This document shows positions 1 through 9,018 of a DNA stretch of 58,868 nucleotides, piece by piece (the first letter of the stretch is position 1; every line of letters begins with the position of its first letter). The stretch lies in the IMG/VR virus record IMGVR_UViG_3300017700_000348, positions 1-58,868 of that record. One strand, given 5' to 3'. The notes beneath the pieces are model-generated. The model saw only the letters and a list, made by a program, of their open reading frames with translations. It was not told the origin of the DNA and ran no database searches. The translations under genes were made by a program, and so were the position numbers. Origin of the DNA: a virus. Taxonomy: Duplodnaviria; Caudoviricetes.

Positions 1-123
1 AGCAAGCATCATAAATTTGACAAAAAGAACAACAAGAAGGCTATGGACTTTCCTCCTCCTAATCCGAATTTTTTAAAATTAAAGAATGCTATAGAATTGG
101 AAATTAGAAAGAAACAATCATGA
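1..123 (+). repeat. 123-bp exact direct repeat of the window end (58746-58868); circular-assembly overlap
   Basis: AGCAAGCATC...AAACAATCATGA is identical at both ends and lies inside a coding sequence. Confidence 0.95.
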
Positions 124-293
124 ATAAAGAAAAAGCCATAGCTTGGCTTAGAGCAGTAGAAATATATTTTCAAAAATTATCAATTATGTCACAAGAAGAT
201 ATTGAAATTCAATCCTATAATCAAAATGCTTTTAACGCTAAGAAAATAGCAGATATGTTAGAAGCAGAAATTAAGGTGCCTACAAATGCTTAA
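120..293 (+). CDS. hypothetical protein (57 aa)
   Basis: ATG overlaps the stop of the upstream gene (ATGA); read by eye as MNKEKAIAWLRAVEIYF...; overlaps the start of the scaffold gene. Confidence 0.6.
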   Translation: MNKEKAIAWLRAVEIYFQKLSIMSQEDIEIQSYNQNAFNAKKIADMLEAEIKVPTNA

Positions 294-1245
294 ACATTTA
301 TTGAATGGCGGTTCTCTGCTCTCCTACGCTCTTTATGATAAAGAGAATGACGAAAGGGCAGCTCTACGCGCTCAGATTGCTAAGGATACCAACGTAACGG
401 CTCGTTCTGAGCATGAGCCTAAAGATAAGGAAGAAGATAATGGGCAAGACGTTGACAGTGGGGCAGATAACGAAGGGGACGATGAAGGGGGCAACAAAGA
501 AGAAAAAGATGAAGATGAAGGAGAAGAAAGAGACGACAAAGAAAAAATAGAGGAAACTGCTGAAGAAAAAGAAAAGCGTGAGGCTTCAGAAAAAGAAGCA
601 GCCAAAGCTCAGCGTAAACAGGATAGGATGCAGCGCCGCATTGATGAAGCAATTTCTGCTAAGAAGGCTGCTGAGGATAAGGTTGCTGCTTTAGAGGCTC
701 AGCTTGCGGCTGATCCTGATAAGACCTTAACTGCTGAAGAAATTAAAAAGCAGGCTAAGGCTCTTGCTGATGAACAAATTAAAGCTAAGGAACTTGAAAC
801 TTTACAGGCTAATTTTCAAAAGAGCTGTGACGATTTACAGGCAGCAGCTAAGAAGATTGACAAAGAGTTTGATGATAAGATTGAGGATGTATGTGCTCAG
901 TTTGGTCCTATCCCCTCGTTTATGATTGGTGTTCTGGCTGATATGGATAATGGAGGAGAAGTCTTAGCTTATCTTGCTGATAAGGAAGATGAAGCAGAAG
1001 GCGTATGGAAAAAATCTCCAGCAACTATGACAAGAAAATTAGTGGAAATTTCTAATAAGTTGATTGAAGCTAAGAAGAAGCCAAAGAAACAACTTTCTAA
1101 TGTCCCTGATCCTGTAGAGCCTGTCAATGGCAGTAGGCAAGTATCCAGCGCCATTACTGAAGCTGATGCTAAAGATATGGAAGTATGGACAGCTAAGCGT
1201 AGACAGCAGATGATTGAGCGGCGCAAAGCTCAGGGATATGGTTAA
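286..1245 (+). CDS. capsid scaffolding protein
   Basis: Acidic N-terminus, long coiled coil and basic C-terminal tail; lies directly upstream of the coat gene as in P22-like phages. Confidence 0.8.
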   Translation: MLKHLLNGGSLLSYALYDKENDERAALRAQIAKDTNVTARSEHEPKDKEEDNGQDVDSGADNEGDDEGGNKEEKDEDEGEERDDKEKIEETAEEKEKREASEKEAAKAQRKQDRMQRRIDEAISAKKAAEDKVAALEAQLAADPDKTLTAEEIKKQAKALADEQIKAKELETLQANFQKSCDDLQAAAKKIDKEFDDKIEDVCAQFGPIPSFMIGVLADMDNGGEVLAYLADKEDEAEGVWKKSPATMTRKLVEISNKLIEAKKKPKKQLSNVPDPVEPVNGSRQVSSAITEADAKDMEVWTAKRRQQMIERRKAQGYG

Positions 1246-1320
1246 CAGTTAGGTGCAGTGACTATTATAGGTGTGAGCCTGAAGATAGAAGCTTCCTCGC
1301 AGTCACGGTCTATCCTCCAG

Positions 1321-1356
1321 AAGTGTGGGCATTCCTCCGAATGTCCACACTTTTTC
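1321..1356 (+). terminator. intrinsic terminator after the scaffold gene
   Basis: AAGTGTGGGCATTC-CTCC-GAATGTCCACACTT stem followed by a T-tract. Confidence 0.75.
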
Positions 1357-1358
1357 TA

Positions 1359-1388
1359 TTGACGATACAAAATTTTTAAAATACGAAT
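1359..1388 (+). promoter_or_regulatory. probable sigma70-type promoter for the coat gene
   Basis: TTGACG-17 nt-TACGAA immediately after a terminator. Confidence 0.4.
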
Positions 1389-1543
1389 GCCTACATAAGC
1401 CTCTTGGTCGGCTCCGTAGACCCTGATCAGACTAAAACGGCCTTAGTCCCGTAAATGGCTATTGATTGCTTGTTAAAATTGCAGCCTCAAGCATCTGCTC
1501 TTTTCATCACTCAATCAATTCATCCCATAGGGGCTTAATTCAA

Positions 1544-2788
1544 ATGGCTAACACTTATCTTACTATTGATATGATCACTGCTGAAGCGGTGATGTTGTTT
1601 AAGAATAGTAACCTGTTCATTATGAACATGGATACTCAATACGATAAATCTTTCGCTATTGATGGCGCAAAGATTGGTGACACTCTTCGCATTCGTCTGC
1701 CTTCTGACTTTGTTGTCACTGATGGTCCTGCTATGCAGCTTCAGGACAACACTCAGCAGTACACCAGCCTTACTGTTTCTTCTCAGAAGAACGTGGCTAC
1801 TCCGTACAGCACTGCTGAGCGTACCATGAGCATTGATAACTATTCTGAGCTGGTAGTTGCTCCTATGGTTAGCGCTCTTTGTGGTAAGGTCGCTTCTACT
1901 ATTATGCGCGGCTCTGAAGGTGGAGTTTGTAACCTAGTTAGCAATGTTGACGGCGCTGGCACTATTATTTCTCCCACCATGGATCAGTTTACGGGAGCTA
2001 ACGCGGTGCTTGATGATCAGGGAGCTTCTATGCTTGATCGTCGCTGCGTTAATGATCCGACTACGGATGCGCGTACTGTTAGCTCGCTCGCAGGCTTGCT
2101 TAATCCGGCTACTGAAATCTCAGCTCAGTTTCGCTCTGGTATGATGAAGTCTGGTTTAGGCTTTGATCGTTTCTTCCGCGATCAGACTGTGATTAAGCAT
2201 ACTACTGGCACGTTCTCCGCTGGCGGTACTATTGCTGGTGGTGGTCAGACTACGGGAACTGGTGGTGGCAACATCACTGTTGCGGCTATCACTGGCACCT
2301 TTAAGAAGGGCGATATTATTACGATTGCTGGCGTTAATGCCGTCAACCGTATTACTAAGGATAGCCTTGGTACGCTGCGCCAGTTTGTTGTTACGGCTGA
2401 CGTTGCTACTACTGCTACCACCATTCCGATTTATCCCGGCTTGATTGGTCCTGTTGGTGGTGTTGCTGGTGGTGCTGATCAGCAGTATCAGACTGTTGAT
2501 GCTCTGCCGATTAACGGCGCTGCTGTAGCTCTCGTTACTCCTGCTTCTTCTGTGTATCGCAAGTCTCTTGCCTACACTCAGAAGGCCGTTACCATGGCTT
2601 CTGCTGACTTGGTTATGCCCAAGAAGGCAGTTGAAGAAGCCGCGCGTACCAGCTTTGATGGCGTCTCTATGCGTATGTTAACTGATTATCTTCCGTTAAC
2701 TGATCAGTTAGCTACTCGTTTGGACGTTCTCTTTGGCTTTAAGTACATTCGTCCTGAATGGCTTTGTGTCATTGCCGATAAGGTTTAA
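1544..2788 (+). CDS. major capsid protein, P22 coat (gp5) family
   Basis: MANTYLTIDMIT start, KIGDTLRIRLP, RQFVVT and C-terminal RLDVLFG..IRPEW motifs; ATG at 1544 preferred over TTG at 1466. Confidence 0.9.
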   Translation: MANTYLTIDMITAEAVMLFKNSNLFIMNMDTQYDKSFAIDGAKIGDTLRIRLPSDFVVTDGPAMQLQDNTQQYTSLTVSSQKNVATPYSTAERTMSIDNYSELVVAPMVSALCGKVASTIMRGSEGGVCNLVSNVDGAGTIISPTMDQFTGANAVLDDQGASMLDRRCVNDPTTDARTVSSLAGLLNPATEISAQFRSGMMKSGLGFDRFFRDQTVIKHTTGTFSAGGTIAGGGQTTGTGGGNITVAAITGTFKKGDIITIAGVNAVNRITKDSLGTLRQFVVTADVATTATTIPIYPGLIGPVGGVAGGADQQYQTVDALPINGAAVALVTPASSVYRKSLAYTQKAVTMASADLVMPKKAVEEAARTSFDGVSMRMLTDYLPLTDQLATRLDVLFGFKYIRPEWLCVIADKV

Positions 2789-2795
2789 TAATTAA

Positions 2796-2833
2796 TTAAG
2801 GGGCTGGTGTTGAGCCAGCCCCTTAAGGTTTTT
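2796..2833. terminator. terminator between the coat gene and a convergent small gene, probably bidirectional
   Basis: TTAAGGGGCTGG / CCAGCCCCTTAA 12-bp inverted repeat. Confidence 0.8.
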
Positions 2834-3002
2834 ACTTGTGTTTGTTAAGAATGTCTCTGAGACGCTTTACGCTATCGTTTCCTAATCTGATATGGGCGTT
2901 TCCTCCAGTAAAGTCAAAAGTCTCATTTCCTTTGTCGTCTACTTGCTGAATGAGCTTCCATCCTTGGCCTAGGTCATGCTCAAACTTTGAAATTTTGCCC
3001 AT
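2832..3002 (-). CDS. small antisense cassette protein (56 aa)
   Basis: GGAG RBS before MGKISKF; has its own TTGAC-N12-CCGT promoter. Confidence 0.65.
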   Translation of the reverse strand: MGKISKFEHDLGQGWKLIQQVDDKGNETFDFTGGNAHIRLGNDSVKRLRDILNKHK

Positions 3003-3033
3003 TTTGCTTTCTCCTTGCTGCCGATACATTTCT

Positions 3034-3060
3034 TTATATACGGTCCTAAACTTAAGTCAA
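3034..3060 (-). promoter_or_regulatory. repeated phage promoter TTGAC-N12-CCGT-ATATAA
   Basis: Matches the motif seen 11 times in the genome. Confidence 0.7.
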
Positions 3061-3094
3061 GCACTATCTTTAATTAAAATGAGGAAAATTAAAA

Positions 3095-3409
3095 ATGGCT
3101 ATCGTCGCGTTTCCTGAGCCTGCTGACCTGAAATTAGAATTTAAAGATATGGTATTAGATGGAAGGAATATCAATTTGAACCCGTATTCTGTTGAAAACC
3201 CGCATCCCGGCTTTGGTACTGACCCTAACATTTTGAATGAATTTGGACATACCAAATATCCAATGTGGGTAGATAGCAAAATCACTGGCGGAAAAGCCAT
3301 TGTAAATAACGCTATGGAGGAAGCTCAGCATACAGAAGCTGAGCCTTCTGTGCCAGCTTCACCGGCTCAGGCTCCAGCAGCTTCCTCTAATCCTTGGCCT
3401 ACTAAATAA
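3095..3409 (+). CDS. hypothetical protein, probably virion-associated
   Basis: GAGGA RBS; lies between coat and adaptor genes; Pro/Ala-rich tail. Confidence 0.6.
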   Translation: MAIVAFPEPADLKLEFKDMVLDGRNINLNPYSVENPHPGFGTDPNILNEFGHTKYPMWVDSKITGGKAIVNNAMEEAQHTEAEPSVPASPAQAPAASSNPWPTK

Positions 3410-3608
3410 TAGGCTTAATTTTACAGTCACCAGCTTCAAAAATGGAACCTTCTGCACAAACCAACTTAAGACCACGTAACGCAGCAAGTTCAACCATTCC
3501 GCCAAGCTCATAGCCTGAAAACATGAAAGCATGTTTGCAATAGGAGACAGTTTCACCAATCATCCATTTGGCATCTTCAGAGTGAACAGCGTAATATTGA
3601 ATGGTCAT
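3402..3608 (-). CDS. small antisense cassette protein (68 aa)
   Basis: AGGAG RBS and its own TTGAC-N12-CCGT promoter. Confidence 0.65.
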   Translation of the reverse strand: MTIQYYAVHSEDAKWMIGETVSYCKHAFMFSGYELGGMVELAALRGLKLVCAEGSIFEAGDCKIKPII

Positions 3609-3635
3609 TGTGTGTCTCCTGTTGCTGATAATTCA

Positions 3636-3663
3636 ACTATAGACGGAATAATTATAGTGTCAA
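3636..3663 (-). promoter_or_regulatory. repeated phage promoter TTGAC-N12-CCGT-CTATAGT
   Basis: Motif copy on the minus strand. Confidence 0.7.
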
Positions 3664-3691
3664 CACTTAATTTTAAAGAAATTGGCAAATA

Positions 3692-4663
3692 ATGACAACA
3701 GCCCGCGAATTTTGCGAATTTGCGCTGCGCGAAGCTGGAGTAGTTGGCTTAGGTCAAACTGCCAAGCCTCAAGATATTAATGGAGCTTTTCGGCTCCTAC
3801 ATATGATGCTAGCAGGTTGGCAGAAGCAGCGTTGGTTGGTCCCTAATTTAATTGACACTTCAGCGATAGCCAATGGTTTAATTTCCAATAAAATTGGGCC
3901 GGGACAGCATTACAATGCTATGCGTCCTGATAAAATTCAGTCTGCTTATTTTAAACAAATCTCTCCTGACAATGAAGTCAGCTATCCTCTAATTCCTATT
4001 TGGAGCTATGAGGATTATGTTAAAATTCAAATGAAGAATTTGGAGAGCTGGCCTGTTTACTATTTCTATGACAATGCATTTCCCTATGGGAATGTTTTTA
4101 TTTGGCCTATTCCTTCTTCTGACTATCAAATTCATTTAATTACTAAAGGACCTATCAATTTCACCATGCAATTGCTTGCTGGTGAAATTACTGCTGGTGG
4201 AGCTGGTTATACTGATGGAGCCTATTTAGCTGTTCCTTTTATTAATGTGAGCAGTTTAGGAGGGGACGGTACTGCTGATGTTACTGTAGCAGGTGGAGTG
4301 GTTACAGCAGTAACCATAGCTGCTGGTGGTGACGGCTATAAAATTGGGGATGTTCTTTCATTCGATACGGCTATCATTGGCGCTGGCGCAGGTGTATTGT
4401 GGCGAGTAAATAACGTAACTGATAGTCTTGACGCTGTATTTAATATGCCTCCTGAATATGAGGAAGCTATTCACTATAATCTGTGTGTTAGGCTTGTGGC
4501 GCATTATCAGTACACTCCTAATCCAGTTCAAGGCAAGTTAGCTGTTCTGGCACTCAATCGACTTAAAAATTCTAATTCTCAAATCTCTAAGCTTCAAATG
4601 CCGGGAAGCCTGAGATTTAGTCGCGGTAATTCATTCTACATATATAACGCAGATGCTAATTAA
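3692..4663 (+). CDS. head-tail adaptor (P22 gp4-like) with an inserted Gly-rich beta domain
   Basis: MTTARE..ALREAGV..G N-terminus, PPEYEEAIHYNL C-terminal motif, synteny. Confidence 0.75.
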   Translation: MTTAREFCEFALREAGVVGLGQTAKPQDINGAFRLLHMMLAGWQKQRWLVPNLIDTSAIANGLISNKIGPGQHYNAMRPDKIQSAYFKQISPDNEVSYPLIPIWSYEDYVKIQMKNLESWPVYYFYDNAFPYGNVFIWPIPSSDYQIHLITKGPINFTMQLLAGEITAGGAGYTDGAYLAVPFINVSSLGGDGTADVTVAGGVVTAVTIAAGGDGYKIGDVLSFDTAIIGAGAGVLWRVNNVTDSLDAVFNMPPEYEEAIHYNLCVRLVAHYQYTPNPVQGKLAVLALNRLKNSNSQISKLQMPGSLRFSRGNSFYIYNADAN

Positions 4664-6123
4664 TGGCTGCTCAAAGAAAGCGAGTTGAGCTAATAAGTTC
4701 TGCCTATGACGGCAAAAGCATAATTGCGTCTGGTCAAGAGTGCATTAATTTATATCCTGAAATAAATCAGCTTGATCCTCAAGCTCCAGCAAGAGTGACG
4801 TACTATCCTTTTCCCGGTACAACTCTATATTCTACTCCTACAACAGCGGATAATTCTAGGGGATGCTATCGCACTAGTCTAGGAACTGCTTTTTATGTAG
4901 TTAGGCAGAATGTATATTTTTTAAGTTCTTCTGGAGTTTTAATTTTCATTGGTGCAATTGCTGATAGGCAAAGCCAAATAAAATTTGCTGATAACGGCAT
5001 TGTCTGCGTTATGGTTGATGGGCTAAATGGATATGTAATAGATTTAGCCACTAACGCGCTAGGCATTATAACTGATCCTAATTTTTATGGAGCTGACTAT
5101 GTAGCTCTGCTAGACACATTTTTTATTTTTAATAGACCTGCTACTAATCAATTTTATATCAGTACCTCAAATGCTAGCTACGTTTTATTGACTACTGTAG
5201 GTGCATTTGACCCTTTAGATATCGCAGCTAAGTCAGGCTTTAGTGATCCTATTGTGGGCATCGTTGCAATCCATCGTGAGCTTCAATTAATTGGAGAGTT
5301 GACTACTGAAACTTGGATTGGCACTGGAGCCGCTGATTTTTATTTTCAACAGCAGCAAGGTGCGTATATTGAGCATGGTTGCGCGGCTCAATACTCAATT
5401 GCAACAATGGATGTTTTAGCATTCTTTATTATGCAGGATCAGCAAGGAAGTGGCATTGTTGCTCAATTGCAAGGGTATGACGTAACCGAAATTTCTACTC
5501 CTCGTATTGTTAATATGATTAAAAGCTATGACAGCTTTGAGGACGCGATAGGCTTTTGCTTTCAAGTTGATGACCATGCTTTTTATGTCATGGTATTTCC
5601 TACTGCTAGCAAAGGCTTATTTTATGATATTAAAAGTAAGCAATGGGGAGAATGGAATTGGAATGACGAAAATGGTAACTTCCTTAGACCTAGATTAAAT
5701 TGCGCTATGTTTGTTAATGGTATTAATGTTGGTGGAGATTGGGAAAATGGTAAACTTTTAAAGATTGATATTAATGCCTATACTGATGAAGGTTCTCCTA
5801 TTGTTAGGGTTAGAACTTTTCCTCATATGTCTGAAGGAAATTTAAAAGTTACATATTTGCAATTTCAGGCTGATATTGAGCCGGGAACTATTGTAGATCA
5901 GGAAGAAACTCCAGAAATGAGCCTTAGCTGGTCAGACGATAAAGGTAAAACTTACGGTAATCCAGTTATGGAAAGCATGGGCAGAACTGGAGAGTATGAC
6001 GTAGTGCCAACTTGGAATAATTTAGGAGAAGCTAGGGATAGAGTATTTAAATTATCTTGGTCTACCAATAATAAAACTGCGTTGAACGGTGGATTTACTA
6101 CTACTAAAGCAGCTAAAAAATGA
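4663..6123 (+). CDS. tail hub / packaged-DNA stabilization protein (P22 gp10-like)
   Basis: CINLYPE, IGELTTETW and LSWSDD.GKT..N...GRTGEY...W..LG.ARDRVFKL motifs. Confidence 0.85.
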   Translation: MAAQRKRVELISSAYDGKSIIASGQECINLYPEINQLDPQAPARVTYYPFPGTTLYSTPTTADNSRGCYRTSLGTAFYVVRQNVYFLSSSGVLIFIGAIADRQSQIKFADNGIVCVMVDGLNGYVIDLATNALGIITDPNFYGADYVALLDTFFIFNRPATNQFYISTSNASYVLLTTVGAFDPLDIAAKSGFSDPIVGIVAIHRELQLIGELTTETWIGTGAADFYFQQQQGAYIEHGCAAQYSIATMDVLAFFIMQDQQGSGIVAQLQGYDVTEISTPRIVNMIKSYDSFEDAIGFCFQVDDHAFYVMVFPTASKGLFYDIKSKQWGEWNWNDENGNFLRPRLNCAMFVNGINVGGDWENGKLLKIDINAYTDEGSPIVRVRTFPHMSEGNLKVTYLQFQADIEPGTIVDQEETPEMSLSWSDDKGKTYGNPVMESMGRTGEYDVVPTWNNLGEARDRVFKLSWSTNNKTALNGGFTTTKAAKK

Positions 6124-6422
6124 GATTACCTGTACCAAATTTAAATTCTCCATTAACTAATAAAATTGGCAAGCTCATTCCTCCTTGGAACAGTTGGTTT
6201 CAGCAATTCTCTCAGGAGGCTCCTGCTGTAGTTGATTTTAGCACTACTAATCCGCTTACTGTAAATTCTATAGGAACTGTCATTATTACTGGAGCAGCTA
6301 CAATTACTTTGACTAGAGGAGCTACTGTTATAAACTTAACAGGGCAAACTATAATTCCTGTTTCTATCGGCGATACTGTTAGCTGGACAGGTGGAGCTAC
6401 AGTGCAATTTTTGGGGAGTTAA
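6120..6422 (+). CDS. small tail protein (needle position)
   Basis: P..PW..WF N-terminus then a beta-rich segment; synteny after the gp10-like gene. Confidence 0.5.
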   Translation: MRLPVPNLNSPLTNKIGKLIPPWNSWFQQFSQEAPAVVDFSTTNPLTVNSIGTVIITGAATITLTRGATVINLTGQTIIPVSIGDTVSWTGGATVQFLGS

Positions 6423-6423
6423 A

Positions 6424-6858
6424 ATGCAGCCAGCTCTTAGTGTAGGTACTAGAGATAAAGTTTTTGCTCTTGAAGCCGCTATGCTTCAGTATCCTCAGTT
6501 AGATTTAAAAGTTGTGCATCACTTTTCTAAAGGCGTCTACGCTAGGGAGCTTCACATACCGGCTGGCGTTACTTTGGTTGGAGAAATTCACAAATTTGAA
6601 AATTTAAATATTCTTTCTGCCGGGACTATGCTAGTTACAACTGAGGAAGGCATGAAAGAGGTTTCGGCTCCATTTACAGTAGTTTCTCCTCCCGGTACTA
6701 AGCGAGCTGCCCACACTATTACCGAATGCGTATGGACTACAATTCACGGTACTGAAGAAAAAGATATTAACTTAATTAAAAATCATTTCATTGCTACTAG
6801 CGAATTAGAATGGTTAGAGTTTTGCAACGCTAATCAATTGGAATTAGGATTTAACTGA
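6424..6858 (+). CDS. cupin-like protein of the podovirus tail module
   Basis: HHFS.GVYARELHIPAG..LVGEIH motif and S.PGTKR motif. Confidence 0.6.
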   Translation: MQPALSVGTRDKVFALEAAMLQYPQLDLKVVHHFSKGVYARELHIPAGVTLVGEIHKFENLNILSAGTMLVTTEEGMKEVSAPFTVVSPPGTKRAAHTITECVWTTIHGTEEKDINLIKNHFIATSELEWLEFCNANQLELGFN

Positions 6859-7628
6859 TGATCAATAGCAGGGTCAAAATTGGATTTGAATTTGTAGACC
6901 CTTGCTTGTGCAATGCATGGGTAGCAACAGCAATTGTAGGCTCGGCAGTTCTAGGCGCTGGTGCCTCTATCTATGGTTCTAATAAAGCGGCTGAAACTCA
7001 ATCAGCTAATGCTAATCGTGTTGCTGATATGCAGATGCAGCAATATGAAAAAACCCGTGAGGACTTGTCTCCTTATCGCGCATTAGGCCAAGATGCTACA
7101 GGACGAATGACAACTAGGCTTAGTGAGTTAACTGAGCCTATTAGTGTTAATCCTGATGACTTCTTAGGTACTGACTATTATAAATTTTTAGAAAAGGAAG
7201 GTAATCGCGCCGTAACTAATTCTGCTGCTGCTAGAGGCTTGGCTAGCTCTGGTGCTGCCCTTAAAGGTGCCGCTGCATTTGCTAAAGGCTTAAATAGTCA
7301 AGAATGGAAATCTAATTTTGAAATGCAGAGAGCTAATAAGACTGATGCTTTTAGCCGTCTTAAAGGTTTAATTGATACTGGAGCTGGAGCGGCTACTGGC
7401 ACTGCATCAGCAGGACAAACAGCAGTTACAAATGCTGGCACTGCTCTAACTGGTGGAGCTAATGCTGAAGCAGCTAATTATAACAATATAGGAAAATCAT
7501 TAAGTAATCTTTCTAGTAATATCGGCGGATACGCTATGTATCAAGGTATGTATGGCAATCCGTCTGGTGGTTCTAGTGGACCTATTACTTATGGCACTGC
7601 TAATGGTCCTACTCCTTTCTACGCATAG
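6858..7628 (+). CDS. DNA ejection protein (gp7-like)
   Basis: Gly/Ala-rich N-terminal hydrophobic stretch; NSAAARGL.SSGA.LK motif. Confidence 0.75.
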   Translation: MINSRVKIGFEFVDPCLCNAWVATAIVGSAVLGAGASIYGSNKAAETQSANANRVADMQMQQYEKTREDLSPYRALGQDATGRMTTRLSELTEPISVNPDDFLGTDYYKFLEKEGNRAVTNSAAARGLASSGAALKGAAAFAKGLNSQEWKSNFEMQRANKTDAFSRLKGLIDTGAGAATGTASAGQTAVTNAGTALTGGANAEAANYNNIGKSLSNLSSNIGGYAMYQGMYGNPSGGSSGPITYGTANGPTPFYA

Positions 7629-7638
7629 GAATTTTTAA

Positions 7639-9018
7639 ATGGCTGGTTTAGAAGCTGATACCTCAAGCTACAATCAACCTATGCCAGTTTCACCATTGGC
7701 TATGGTGAAAGATATTGGCGCTATTCAACAGCAAAAATTAGCTATTGATAGCGCTAAAATGGAGCAAGCTAACAAAGCTCTTGGTTATATGACTAGAGCA
7801 ATGGGAGCGCTCGGACCTAATGCGACTAAGGAAGAATATATTGCTGCTGCTGAAACAGCAACTAAAATGGGATTAGTCCCTCCTCAGCAGCTAAAAGTAT
7901 TCGCTGAGAGAGCAGCAGCGGCTAAAGATGCTCCTACATTTTATAATGAATTTATGACAACTGCTGCTACTGCTCAAGAGCAGATGAATTATCATTTAGG
8001 ACAACGGCAAGATATTGGTGATGGCCAGACAGTTACTCCTGCTGTTACTAGTGTTAAGCCGGGATTTGGAGTTAAGCCTATTTCGTTGCCAGTGCAACAG
8101 CAGGCTCCTCCGACTACACCAACTGTTGATGATCAGAATAGGGCTAGAATGCTAGGCCCTCAGCCTGTTGCAGTTCCTGAAGGAGCCGTTCCAGCTAACA
8201 CAGGCATTCCCGGCCAATTTAGACCGGGTGGGGCGCGTCCAATGCCTGTTGAGCCAATGGCCCCTCCAGCTCGCACAACCGGCCCTACAGGGCCTACCGT
8301 TCGGACTGACCCTGATGCGCCAGCCACCTTCGAGCAACGTACAGACGCGGCTTTCCCTAGGCCCTCAGGCCCTGCCCTTGGGGCTAGCCCTCTATTTGAG
8401 GAAGGCAAGAAAGCCTATACTGAGGATCAGCGAAATGCAGGGCAAAGAGCTTTTGCAATTAAACCTGCTATTCAAGCTTTAAAATTAATGCCGGGATTAG
8501 CAACAGGTCCCGGTACTGATCAATTTACCAGCTTAGTTGCTGCTGCTAAGGCATGGGGGATTTTAGATACTAAGGCTGAAAATGATCCAACTGTGTTAAG
8601 GCAGGAGTTAAATAAAAAGCTCGCTCAGTATGTGGGCAGTAGCCCTATTGGTCAGCGTTCAGATGCAGCTCAAACTTTAGCTGAAGCCGGTTCTCCTAAT
8701 CCTAAGGTGCAGGTGACGCAAGCTTTACAGAATTTAACTAGAGACGCAATCGCCCTTGATCGTGTTCAAATCTTAAAGCCTCAAGCATTTAAAACTGAAA
8801 AATTCGACGATTATGTAAAGCATGGTGGTAATTTTCCAACTTCAGTAGATGAAAAAGCTTTGACGTTGGATTTAATGGATAGTAAAGAGCGTGATAAATT
8901 AGTTACTAAAATGACTTCTCAGTATAAGAATGGTGACGCAACCGAAAAGAAAAAAGCAGTTAGATTTTTTGAGACTTTAAAATTAGCTAAAGAAGCTAAG
9001 ATTTATGATGGTGAATAA
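7639..9018 (+). CDS. DNA ejection protein (gp20 position)
   Basis: Helical Ala/Gln/Pro-rich sequence; synteny. Confidence 0.6.
   Translation: MAGLEADTSSYNQPMPVSPLAMVKDIGAIQQQKLAIDSAKMEQANKALGYMTRAMGALGPNATKEEYIAAAETATKMGLVPPQQLKVFAERAAAAKDAPTFYNEFMTTAATAQEQMNYHLGQRQDIGDGQTVTPAVTSVKPGFGVKPISLPVQQQAPPTTPTVDDQNRARMLGPQPVAVPEGAVPANTGIPGQFRPGGARPMPVEPMAPPARTTGPTGPTVRTDPDAPATFEQRTDAAFPRPSGPALGASPLFEEGKKAYTEDQRNAGQRAFAIKPAIQALKLMPGLATGPGTDQFTSLVAAAKAWGILDTKAENDPTVLRQELNKKLAQYVGSSPIGQRSDAAQTLAEAGSPNPKVQVTQALQNLTRDAIALDRVQILKPQAFKTEKFDDYVKHGGNFPTSVDEKALTLDLMDSKERDKLVTKMTSQYKNGDATEKKKAVRFFETLKLAKEAKIYDGE

Noticed and set aside
1-123. Terminal repeat as a biological direct terminal repeat
   Set aside because: It falls mid-gene and the terminase looks headful-type, so an assembly overlap of a circularly permuted genome is more likely.
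1279-1292. Hammerhead ribozyme core (CTGAAGA...GAA)
   Set aside because: No stem II or properly placed GAAA and cleavage triplet.
1466-1543. TTG start extending the coat protein by 26 aa
   Set aside because: MANTYLT at 1544 matches the usual family N-terminus and the extension lacks an RBS.
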